From the NCBI GenBank assembly GCA_012965455.1, contig DTSG01000099.1, forward strand, positions 1 to 40,409: a stretch of 40,409 nt of DNA. Reading direction: 5' to 3'. The notes under the pieces were generated by a model. That model saw only the letters and a program-made list of their open reading frames with translations, was not told where the DNA came from and made no database searches. Every line of letters starts with the position of its first letter. Position 1 is the first letter of the stretch. Positions 1 to 7,885 of the stretch are shown piece by piece. Source of the stretch: Planctomycetaceae bacterium. Its GTDB lineage: Bacteria > Planctomycetota > Planctomycetia > Pirellulales > Pirellulaceae. The translations under genes and the position numbers were made by a program.

Positions 1-666
1 CCAGGGGAACGAGATTATCAGGCACGCATTAATATGTACCAGCTGGCAGCGAGGATGCAGACGTCGGCTGTGGAGGCAATGGATCTAAGTCAAGAAACCG
101 CGGCAACGAAAAAACACTACGGTATGGACGACCCAATGACCAAAGATTTTGGCGCACGATGTTTGATTGCGCGGCGACTTGTTGAGCGCGGTGTTCGGTT
201 TGTGCAAGTTTTTACACAGAATCAGTTCTGGGATCACCACGGTCGGATTAGGACTAGCTTGCCAGCGGCTTGTAAAAAAGTAGACAAACCATCGGCGGCA
301 CTTGTTAGTGATCTCAAGCGACGTGGGATGCTCGATGAAACGATTGTGCATTGGGGCGGTGAAATGGGTAGACTGCCGGTCATCCAAAATGATACGGGTG
401 CAAACAATGTCGGCCGCGATCATAACACCAAGGGCTTTAGCATGTGGGTTGCCGGTGGTGGATTCAAGGCCGGACATGTACATGGAAAGACGGATGAGTT
501 TAGTCATCAAGCGGTGGATCAAATCGTAAACCACTATGACTACCACCATACATTGATGCATCTATTTGGTTTAGATCACCAGCGACTGGCATTTGAACAT
601 AATGGACTTAGTAGAAAGCTAATTGAAACAGACAAAAGCCAGCTAGTAACGGAGTTAATTACTTGA
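1..666 (+). CDS. DUF1501 domain-containing protein, C-terminal fragment (5' end lies outside the window)
   Basis: Frame 1 is open from base 1 (PGERDYQARIN-MYQLAARMQ...), so the ATG at 34 is internal. The sequence aligns closely with the C-terminal half of the DUF1501 paralog at 22366-23814 (CLIARRxVERGVRFVQ, HWGGEMGRLPV, GRDHNTKGFSMWVAGGG). Confidence 0.85.
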   Translation, partial: PGERDYQARINMYQLAARMQTSAVEAMDLSQETAATKKHYGMDDPMTKDFGARCLIARRLVERGVRFVQVFTQNQFWDHHGRIRTSLPAACKKVDKPSAALVSDLKRRGMLDETIVHWGGEMGRLPVIQNDTGANNVGRDHNTKGFSMWVAGGGFKAGHVHGKTDEFSHQAVDQIVNHYDYHHTLMHLFGLDHQRLAFEHNGLSRKLIETDKSQLVTELIT

Positions 667-931
667 TTGCAGTAAGAAAAATAAAGGATGAAAATAGCAG
701 GGGATAAGTCAAAATCTATTAAATCCCCCCCAAGTTAGGGTTTTTTACGTTTTGTATTTATATTTGGATGGTACTGGAGCAGGATTCTTCTAGTTGGCAA
801 TTTAGTCCTTTGATAAAATGTACGATATAAAAGATGAGTGTTTAAGAAGTAGCCGAGCAGGTACATAATGGTAGTGGGTGATCAATAGAGCGTTTGCACA
901 ACGAAAAAAAATGATTAAGGGCAGTTAGCCA

Positions 932-2239
932 ATGGCGGCAGAATATCAAACAGACCATTATTGTGACGGTGTAAACCGCCGCAGCTTTTTACAGATTGGT
1001 GCCCTTGGCGGTCTCGGCCTGTCACTGTCGAGCTATCTTAAGAGCACTGCCGCGACAACGGACAAATCCCCCACGAATTGCATTTTGATTTGGACTCGAG
1101 GCGGAACAAGCCACCACGATACGTTAGACCCAAAACCAGATGCACCGACGAGTATCCGCGGTGAGTACGACGTAATCGACACAGCGATTCCCGGAGTCAA
1201 GTTTACAGAGATATGTCCTAACTTAGCCAAGCATGCCGACAAGTTTTCGGTTTTACGAGGTTGGAATCCACGCAACGGAAGTCATGGAACCGCAGACCAA
1301 TATGTGATGAGTGGTCGCAAATTCAATCAGGCGGTGGCCTATCCAACCTATGGCAGTGTCCTGAGTCACTATCACGGATTCCGTACGGCGATGCCTCCAT
1401 TTATTCAGCTAGGCACGAATGTTGATCGTCGCTTTGGCGGTGGCAGTGCAGGCATCTTGGGTTTGGAGCACATGCCGTTTGAAATCGATGCGGACCCCAA
1501 TGCCGCTAAGTTTACCGTACGGGATATCACTCCGCCGAGCGGTGTTTCGTTTGCACGAATTGATCGCCGCCAGAGCGCCTTGGCTCGGCTCGACGCATTG
1601 CAGCGCAACACCGACGTACAACAGCCAGCCTTTGCTGCTCTTGACGAACACTATAAAGCGGCATTCAACATGATCACCGCTCCGGAAACCAAACAAGCAT
1701 TTGACTTAGAAAAAGAAGATGCCAAACTGCGAGAAGCATATGGCAAAAACCGTTTCGGGCAAAGCTGTTTGTTATCGCGACGACTTATCGAAGCGGGTGT
1801 TCGTTTCGTCACGGTTACCGATGGTGGCTGGGACACGCATGCCAACAATTTCAAAGGTCTTAAAACTCGTATTCCACCGGTCGACAAAGCTTTACCACAA
1901 TTGCTGATGGATCTCGCAGACCGAGGAATGCTAGACACGACGTTAGTTTGTTGGTTCACGGATTTCGGCCGCACCCCGAAAATTAACTCAGCGAGCGGTC
2001 GCGATCATTGGTCGACGGCGGGATTTGCTGTGATGGCCGGTGCTGGCATTCCTGCCGGTACGATACTTGGAGCGACAGATGCCGAAGGGGGATACGTCTC
2101 GAAAGATGAGTACTTTACGGATGATATTGCCGCCACCGTGTATAGCAAGCTAGGCCTACCAACAGACTTAATCGCTCACGCACCAGATGGTCGCCCAGTA
2201 CGTCTTATTGAAGGTCGCCCAATTAAGGAGTGGATGTAA
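932..2239 (+). CDS. DUF1501 domain-containing protein (sulfatase/alkaline-phosphatase-like fold), TAT-exported
   Basis: 435-aa ORF. It has a twin-arginine leader (CDGVNRRSFLQIGALGG) and the DUF1501 hallmarks GGTSHHDTLDPKPDAP, RLIEAGVRFVTV, DFGRTPKIN and GRDHW. Confidence 0.9.
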   Translation: MAAEYQTDHYCDGVNRRSFLQIGALGGLGLSLSSYLKSTAATTDKSPTNCILIWTRGGTSHHDTLDPKPDAPTSIRGEYDVIDTAIPGVKFTEICPNLAKHADKFSVLRGWNPRNGSHGTADQYVMSGRKFNQAVAYPTYGSVLSHYHGFRTAMPPFIQLGTNVDRRFGGGSAGILGLEHMPFEIDADPNAAKFTVRDITPPSGVSFARIDRRQSALARLDALQRNTDVQQPAFAALDEHYKAAFNMITAPETKQAFDLEKEDAKLREAYGKNRFGQSCLLSRRLIEAGVRFVTVTDGGWDTHANNFKGLKTRIPPVDKALPQLLMDLADRGMLDTTLVCWFTDFGRTPKINSASGRDHWSTAGFAVMAGAGIPAGTILGATDAEGGYVSKDEYFTDDIAATVYSKLGLPTDLIAHAPDGRPVRLIEGRPIKEWM

Positions 2240-2272
2240 TACCTCGAGTAAATTTCAGAGGTATCCAAAATT

Positions 2273-3682
2273 ATGTTTAGACTCACTGGAAAATCAACAA
2301 CACATTGCGATGGAGTCACGCGGCGTGAATTTTTGTCTGCCGGTTCCGCGGGTGTTGTCGGGTTGAGTTTAGCAGATTTATTGCGAGCAGAGGCAGCCGC
2401 AGGCCTAGGGTCGTCTAACAAAGCCATCGTCAATATTCATCTTGATGGCGGTGCACCACAGATGGATACGATTGACATGAAGCCAGAAGGCCCGCGAGAA
2501 ACGCGGGGCGAGTTTCAGCCAATTTCAACATCGGTAGCAGGGATCCAACTTAGTGAGTTGTTACCGAACATAGCTGCTCAAGCAGAGGACTTTGCCTTCA
2601 TTCGTAGCCTTGTCGGTTCGGCAGGTAGACACGATGCATTTCAATGCCAATCGGGATTTGATGCTAAGGAACAATCTAGCTTGGGTGGACATCCAGCCAT
2701 GGGTTGTGTGTTGAGCAAGATACTTGGCCGCGTGTCCGATCCGGCACCAACGTTCGTTGATCTAATGCAAGGACGACCATTGGTTCGTAACAGCGCTCGG
2801 CCAGGGTTTTTAGGGCCCGCCTATAAACCGTTTCGGCCAGATTTGTCGAGCATGTTTGATCGTCCCTTAGAAACTGCGATGAAAGGCGAATTAGCGAGAC
2901 TAGGTTCTAATCACACAACTAGCTTGTCACTCAATGCCGAACTCAATGCGGATCGGCTGCATGACCGTAATTCGTTGCTCCAGAGTTTGGACTCGATTCG
3001 CCGTGAGGTAGATGGCAGTGGCATGATGGATGCAATGGATCGTTATTCGCAACAGGCGACGGGCATCTTATTGTCAGGCACATTCGCCGACGCATTAGAT
3101 TTGTCCAAAGAAGACCCCAAGATGCTGTCGCGCTATATGCCAAATCACGCAGTCTCCGGCTATCGAAATGCCACGGCTGACGAACCAAAAGCCGCGCTGA
3201 AACTATTGATCGCTCGGCGATTGATCGAAGCTGGGGTGCGTTGTGTCAGTGTGACGTTTAGTGATTTTGATACACATAGCAAAAACTTTAGTCGCATGCG
3301 GTATACATTACCAATCGTTGACCATGCAATCGTGACATTTATTAATGACCTGAAAGATCGCGGCATGTTTGATGACGTATCGATTGTCTTATGGGGCGAA
3401 TTTGGACGAACGCCAAAAATCAACGAAAATGGCGGTCGTGATCATTGGCCTCGAGTGAGCCCTGCGATCATGGCAGGTGGTAAAATGCGCGGCGGGCAAG
3501 TGATTGGCGCGACGGACCGCACGGCTGGGGAAGCCATTAGTCGGCCCGTTAACTATCAAGACGTTATGTACACGCTTTACCACAATCTTGGTATCACCGC
3601 AGATCGAGTGACGATTGAAGATCCAACGGGACGCCCGCTGTACCTATTAGACCAAGGCTCGCTAATTGGTGAATTAGTTTAA
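2273..3682 (+). CDS. DUF1501 domain-containing protein, TAT-exported (tandem paralog of 932-2239)
   Basis: 469-aa ORF starting 33 nt after the previous stop. It has the leader CDGVTRREFLSAGSAG and the motifs HLDGGAPQMDTIDMKPEGP, RLIEAGVRCVSV, WGEFGRTPKIN and GRDHW. Confidence 0.9.
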   Translation: MFRLTGKSTTHCDGVTRREFLSAGSAGVVGLSLADLLRAEAAAGLGSSNKAIVNIHLDGGAPQMDTIDMKPEGPRETRGEFQPISTSVAGIQLSELLPNIAAQAEDFAFIRSLVGSAGRHDAFQCQSGFDAKEQSSLGGHPAMGCVLSKILGRVSDPAPTFVDLMQGRPLVRNSARPGFLGPAYKPFRPDLSSMFDRPLETAMKGELARLGSNHTTSLSLNAELNADRLHDRNSLLQSLDSIRREVDGSGMMDAMDRYSQQATGILLSGTFADALDLSKEDPKMLSRYMPNHAVSGYRNATADEPKAALKLLIARRLIEAGVRCVSVTFSDFDTHSKNFSRMRYTLPIVDHAIVTFINDLKDRGMFDDVSIVLWGEFGRTPKINENGGRDHWPRVSPAIMAGGKMRGGQVIGATDRTAGEAISRPVNYQDVMYTLYHNLGITADRVTIEDPTGRPLYLLDQGSLIGELV

Positions 3683-3745
3683 CGGGCACGTGGTATATTT
3701 AGGGACAGCGGTGGTTTGCAAATTAGATAAATTTATGAGGGGAAA

Positions 3746-5329
3746 ATGGTCATGCGTTGGTTTTATTTATTATTATTGGGTGTGGCAGTTAACTTTTCGG
3801 CAGCCGCGGCTGAGCGATCCGACTTTGGTTTAACATTGCGATCGCAGGCGGCAACATCGGCCGAAAACATTCGCTTTCAAGCGCGCTACGATCAGCAGCA
3901 ATGGAAAGCCAGCGAAACCGCAGTGATCGTTTGCGACATGTGGAATCTTCACCACTGCCTGAATGCAACTCGCCGCGGTACAGAAATGGCCCCCCGCTTG
4001 AATCAGCTGCTCAAACAATCTCGTCGACAGGGCGCTCTTATCATCCATGCACCAAGTTCATGCATGGCGCCCTACAAGGATCATCCAGCCCGAGCCACCG
4101 CATTGAATGCTCCGGCGGCAAGCAATTTGCCCGCCGAAATCGACAAATGGTGTTATAGCATTCCGTCCGAAGAACAAGGCACCTATCCACTAGATCAATC
4201 TGATGGGGGCGAGGATGACGACTTAGTGGAGCATGCCGCTTGGGCCAAGAAATTAGCTGGTATGGGACTCAACCCCCGCAGTCCGTGGACAAAACAAACA
4301 GACTTGATCGACATTCATGATAAAGATGTGATTAGTGATAATGGCGTGGAAATTTGGAATGTGCTGCAACAAACAGGAATCAAAAACGTTGTGCTGGTTG
4401 GTGTGCACACAAATATGTGTGTGTTGGGCCGACCCTTTGGGTTGCGTCAAATGGCAAAAAATGGGATGAACGTAGTGCTGTGCCGTGATTTGACCGACAC
4501 CATGTACAACCCAAAAATGAAGCCGTTTGTGAGCCATTTCACGGGAACGGATTTAATCGTTGAGCATATTGAAAAATGGGTATGCCCGACGATAACGAGT
4601 GATCAAATTCTTGGCGGAAAGCCGTTTGTGTTTTCAACAGATACCAGAAAACACGTTGTTATCTTGATTGCTGAACGTGAATATCAAACAAATGAATCAT
4701 TACCGCGATTTGCTTTAGAGCATCTGGGGCAAGATTACAAAGTGACGATTGTTCATTGTGATGAAGATGGCCAAGGCGAACGCAATGCTTTACCCAATTC
4801 GATCCCAGCGATCACACAGGCGGATTTACTATTGATTAGTATTCGCCGCCGAGTTCTTCCACAGGATCAAATGCAGGCCGTCCGGCAGCATATTGAAAAC
4901 GGCAAACCTGTGGTTGGTATTCGCACGGCGAATCATGCGTTTTCGTTGCGCGGCGAAGCGCCCCCGGAAGGCCTAGTGGCTTGGGACAAATTTGATCAAG
5001 AGATTTGGGGAGGGAATTACGCGAATCACCACGGTAACGGTAAAACGACAACCGTGGCGGCGTTGTGCGAGCACGAGATTCTTAACGGTGTTGACCTCCA
5101 AGATTTCACCACGATAGGGTCGCTGTATCAGGTGAACCCGTTGTCGAGTTCTACACAGGCGATATTGTCAGGTACGATTCCTGACAAACCGATGGAACCA
5201 ATCGCCTGGACGAATAAGACAATTTTTGGAGGGCGAGCTTTTTATACATCACTCGGACAGATCAAAGATTTTGACACAAAAACCATGAATGTGTTGTTGA
5301 AGAATGCGATTGCTTGGGCTTTGAATTAA
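3746..5329 (+). CDS. Secreted fusion protein: isochorismatase-like cysteine hydrolase domain + ThuA-like (trehalose-utilisation/GATase1-like) domain
   Basis: Signal peptide LLLLGVAVNFSAAAA. The N-terminal half has isochorismatase-family motifs (VIVCDMWNLHHC; VLVGVHTNMCVLG with the conserved Cys). The C-terminal half has ThuA-like motifs (VVILIAEREYQTNESLP, GKPVVGIRTANHAF, NHHG, PIAWTN, RAFYTSLG, NAIAWAL). The ATG at 3752 (MRWF..) is an equally plausible start and has better spacing from GAGGGG. Confidence 0.75.
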   Translation: MVMRWFYLLLLGVAVNFSAAAAERSDFGLTLRSQAATSAENIRFQARYDQQQWKASETAVIVCDMWNLHHCLNATRRGTEMAPRLNQLLKQSRRQGALIIHAPSSCMAPYKDHPARATALNAPAASNLPAEIDKWCYSIPSEEQGTYPLDQSDGGEDDDLVEHAAWAKKLAGMGLNPRSPWTKQTDLIDIHDKDVISDNGVEIWNVLQQTGIKNVVLVGVHTNMCVLGRPFGLRQMAKNGMNVVLCRDLTDTMYNPKMKPFVSHFTGTDLIVEHIEKWVCPTITSDQILGGKPFVFSTDTRKHVVILIAEREYQTNESLPRFALEHLGQDYKVTIVHCDEDGQGERNALPNSIPAITQADLLLISIRRRVLPQDQMQAVRQHIENGKPVVGIRTANHAFSLRGEAPPEGLVAWDKFDQEIWGGNYANHHGNGKTTTVAALCEHEILNGVDLQDFTTIGSLYQVNPLSSSTQAILSGTIPDKPMEPIAWTNKTIFGGRAFYTSLGQIKDFDTKTMNVLLKNAIAWALN

Positions 5330-5378
5330 CGAGCAGTGCAAGCGAACACACAATAAACCATTGTCAGCGCACCGAACA

Positions 5379-7853
5379 ATGAAAAATAATAACTGCACGA
5401 TGATCATGGCGCTGAGCGTTCTCGCGCTGGCTATGTTTACCGGCGAGGTGATGGCGGCAGCTAAATTTACCGTGTTGCCGAGCGAAGTATTACTCAACGG
5501 CAATTTTGCGCAGGCTCAGTTAGTCGTCACGGCGACGAAGTCGGGTGAAATTCGTATAGATAGCGCTGACTTAACTCACACGGCGAAATATACGTCCTTG
5601 AATGTGGATGTTGTTACGGTAGATCAAACGGGTTTGTTATTAGCAGTTGCTAATGGCACGGCAGAGATTCAGATTCGAGTAGGCCGTAGCAAGCGGATTG
5701 TATCCGTGATTGTCGCTGACATTACAGAAAGCCCCGAGTTAGATTTCCATTACAGCGTCCAGCCAGTTCTTTCCAAAGCGGGTTGTAATATGGGAGCTTG
5801 CCACGCGAGTCAGCATGGCAAGGGGGGATTTGTGCTGTCCGTCTTTGGCTATGATCCGAGCAAAGATTTCTCATCGATTGTAAAAGATCAACTACAGCGA
5901 CGAGTGGACTATATTCGTCCTGAGAATAGCTTGTTTGTTTTGAAACCCACGGCGCAAGTGCCTCACGGTGGTGGCCAGCGGCTCAAGGTCGGTTCAGTGA
6001 TGCACGACACTTTGGTGCAGTGGGTTAGCGGCGGTGCGCAAGGCCCCACGAAGGACTCAGCGGTAGTGGTTGACCTCGTAGCTACGCCTAGTCGACGTGT
6101 TGCGGAAATAGGTAGCACGCAACAGCTTCAAATACGAGCGACCTATTCCGATGGGACAACGCGAGATGTAACCGCGTTGGCTCGGTATGATTCATTGGAT
6201 GACGGACTCTTAAAGGTTTCAACTGCTGGATTAGTCGAAACACTGGGACGTGGCCAAGCTGGCGTAATGGTGCGGTTTGAGGGCCAAGCCACGACGTTTA
6301 TGGTGACGATTCCGTATGGTGCAGACGTAGATTTGCCGCAGTGGTCGGAAGACAACTTAGTGGATAAATTTGCGGTCGACAAATTCCGAGAATTAGGAAT
6401 CCAGCCCTCTCTGCTTTGTGATGATTCAACATTTATCCGTCGCGCTTACCTCGACGCCATCGGTGGCTTGCCGACACCGGCCGAGACACAACAGTTCTTA
6501 GATTTGAATGGCGCTGATAAGCGGACCAAGTTGATAGATCAACTATTAGGTCTCACGGGTGATCCGGCGCAAGATGTTTTTAATGATCGTTTTGCGGCCT
6601 ATTGGACTCTCAAATGGTCGGACCTGCTACGCAACAGCTCCGCGACGCTTGGGGAACAAGGGATGTGGTCGTTACACAATTGGATCCGTGAATCGTTTCG
6701 AGTTAATCGAGGATTTGATGAATTTGTGAAAGACCTAATTCAGGCTCGCGGATCTCTGTATATGAATGGTCCCGCGAATTACTATCAAATTAATAAAAAT
6801 TCATCGGACTTAACTGAGGCAACAACGCAGTTATTCATGGGCATTCGACTTGAATGTGCCAAGTGTCACCATCATCCATTTGAAAGCTACAGCCAAGCGG
6901 ATTATTACGGTATGGCTGCTTTCTTCTCCCGAGTAGGCACTAAGAACAGCGAAGAGTTTGGGTTGTTTGGTCGAGAGCGAGTCGTTGTTGTAAATCCAAC
7001 AGGTGACGTACAACATCCGCGGACGCGAGAAACAATGAAACCGACGGTTTTACATGGCGACGTTATCGAGCATTCGCTGGACCGCCGAATTCCGCTGGCG
7101 TCCTGGCTTACATCTACCCAAAACCCCTGGTTTGCAAAAAGTGTGGTGAATCGCTATGTCCGCTATTTGATGGGCCGAGGGCTCGTAGAACCTGTTGACG
7201 ACATGCGATCTACCAATCCAGCGAGCAATGAAGCGATGCTTTCGGCGCTTGCCGCTTCGTTTGAAGAAAGCGGTTACGATTTAAAACAACTGATACGGGT
7301 CATTATGACGTCCCGAACATACCAACTAGGTTCCGAGCCAACGGAAATGAACGTCTCGGCTGGTAAATACTATGCATTTTATCACGCAAAACGAATGCCA
7401 GCCGAAGCATTGCTCGATGCGATCAACACCGCGACGGGAACGGCGACAAAGTTTAAGGATTTGCCCCCGGGAACACTAGCGATTGAATTACCGGACACGA
7501 ATTACCCCAACTATTTTTTGAAGACATTTGGAAAGCCGTTGCGAGTGAGTGTTTGTGAGTGCGAGCGAGCACCGGATGAGAATTTGGCACAGGCGCTGCA
7601 TACACTCAACGGAGATACGATCGCCAAAAAAATTAGTGACCCGCTGAGCCATTTAGGGAAGTTGCTAACAGCGGAAGCTCCTGTTGAAGAAGTTATCGCC
7701 CACATTTTTATGGCGACGCTGTCACGGATGGCAACGCCGGATGAACAGGCACTGTGCAAACAGATTGTTGCCGAAGCGCCGACAATGAAAGAAGGTTGCG
7801 AAGACGTATTGTGGGCATTAATCAATTCCAAGCAATTCGTTTATATCCAATAA
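5379..7853 (+). CDS. Big_2 (bacterial Ig-like) + DUF1549 (PSCyt2) + DUF1553 (PSD1) domain protein
   Basis: The ORF is open from TTG 5361. ATG 5379 gives MKNNNCTMIMALSVLALAMF..AAA, a signal peptide. Ig-like region: VVTVDQTGLLLAVANGTAEI. CX4CH motif: GCNMGACHASQHGKGGF. DUF1549 motifs: FIRRAYLDAIGGLPT and CAKCHHHPFE. DUF1553 tail: FGKPLRVSVCECER..LHTLNG...LINSKQFVYIQ. Confidence 0.85.
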   Translation: MKNNNCTMIMALSVLALAMFTGEVMAAAKFTVLPSEVLLNGNFAQAQLVVTATKSGEIRIDSADLTHTAKYTSLNVDVVTVDQTGLLLAVANGTAEIQIRVGRSKRIVSVIVADITESPELDFHYSVQPVLSKAGCNMGACHASQHGKGGFVLSVFGYDPSKDFSSIVKDQLQRRVDYIRPENSLFVLKPTAQVPHGGGQRLKVGSVMHDTLVQWVSGGAQGPTKDSAVVVDLVATPSRRVAEIGSTQQLQIRATYSDGTTRDVTALARYDSLDDGLLKVSTAGLVETLGRGQAGVMVRFEGQATTFMVTIPYGADVDLPQWSEDNLVDKFAVDKFRELGIQPSLLCDDSTFIRRAYLDAIGGLPTPAETQQFLDLNGADKRTKLIDQLLGLTGDPAQDVFNDRFAAYWTLKWSDLLRNSSATLGEQGMWSLHNWIRESFRVNRGFDEFVKDLIQARGSLYMNGPANYYQINKNSSDLTEATTQLFMGIRLECAKCHHHPFESYSQADYYGMAAFFSRVGTKNSEEFGLFGRERVVVVNPTGDVQHPRTRETMKPTVLHGDVIEHSLDRRIPLASWLTSTQNPWFAKSVVNRYVRYLMGRGLVEPVDDMRSTNPASNEAMLSALAASFEESGYDLKQLIRVIMTSRTYQLGSEPTEMNVSAGKYYAFYHAKRMPAEALLDAINTATGTATKFKDLPPGTLAIELPDTNYPNYFLKTFGKPLRVSVCECERAPDENLAQALHTLNGDTIAKKISDPLSHLGKLLTAEAPVEEVIAHIFMATLSRMATPDEQALCKQIVAEAPTMKEGCEDVLWALINSKQFVYIQ

Positions 7854-7885
7854 CAGAAGATTGTTATCTTTGAGGAGTGGTGATC

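Noticed and set aside
85-561. 158-aa minus-strand ORF. Similar long antisense ORFs lie at 34935-35405, 38532-38963, 38903-39310 and 39872-40291.
   Set aside because: Each overlaps a gene with strong family signatures on the other strand: DUF1501, the ABC permease, metG, the XRE HTH gene and hisI. None has recognisable motifs, signal peptides or plausible RBS context.
725-746. C7...GGG-T6 as an intrinsic terminator of the upstream DUF1501 gene
   Set aside because: The stem would be only 3 bp (CCC/GGG). The T-run alone is insufficient, so it is mentioned only as a weak possibility in the findings.
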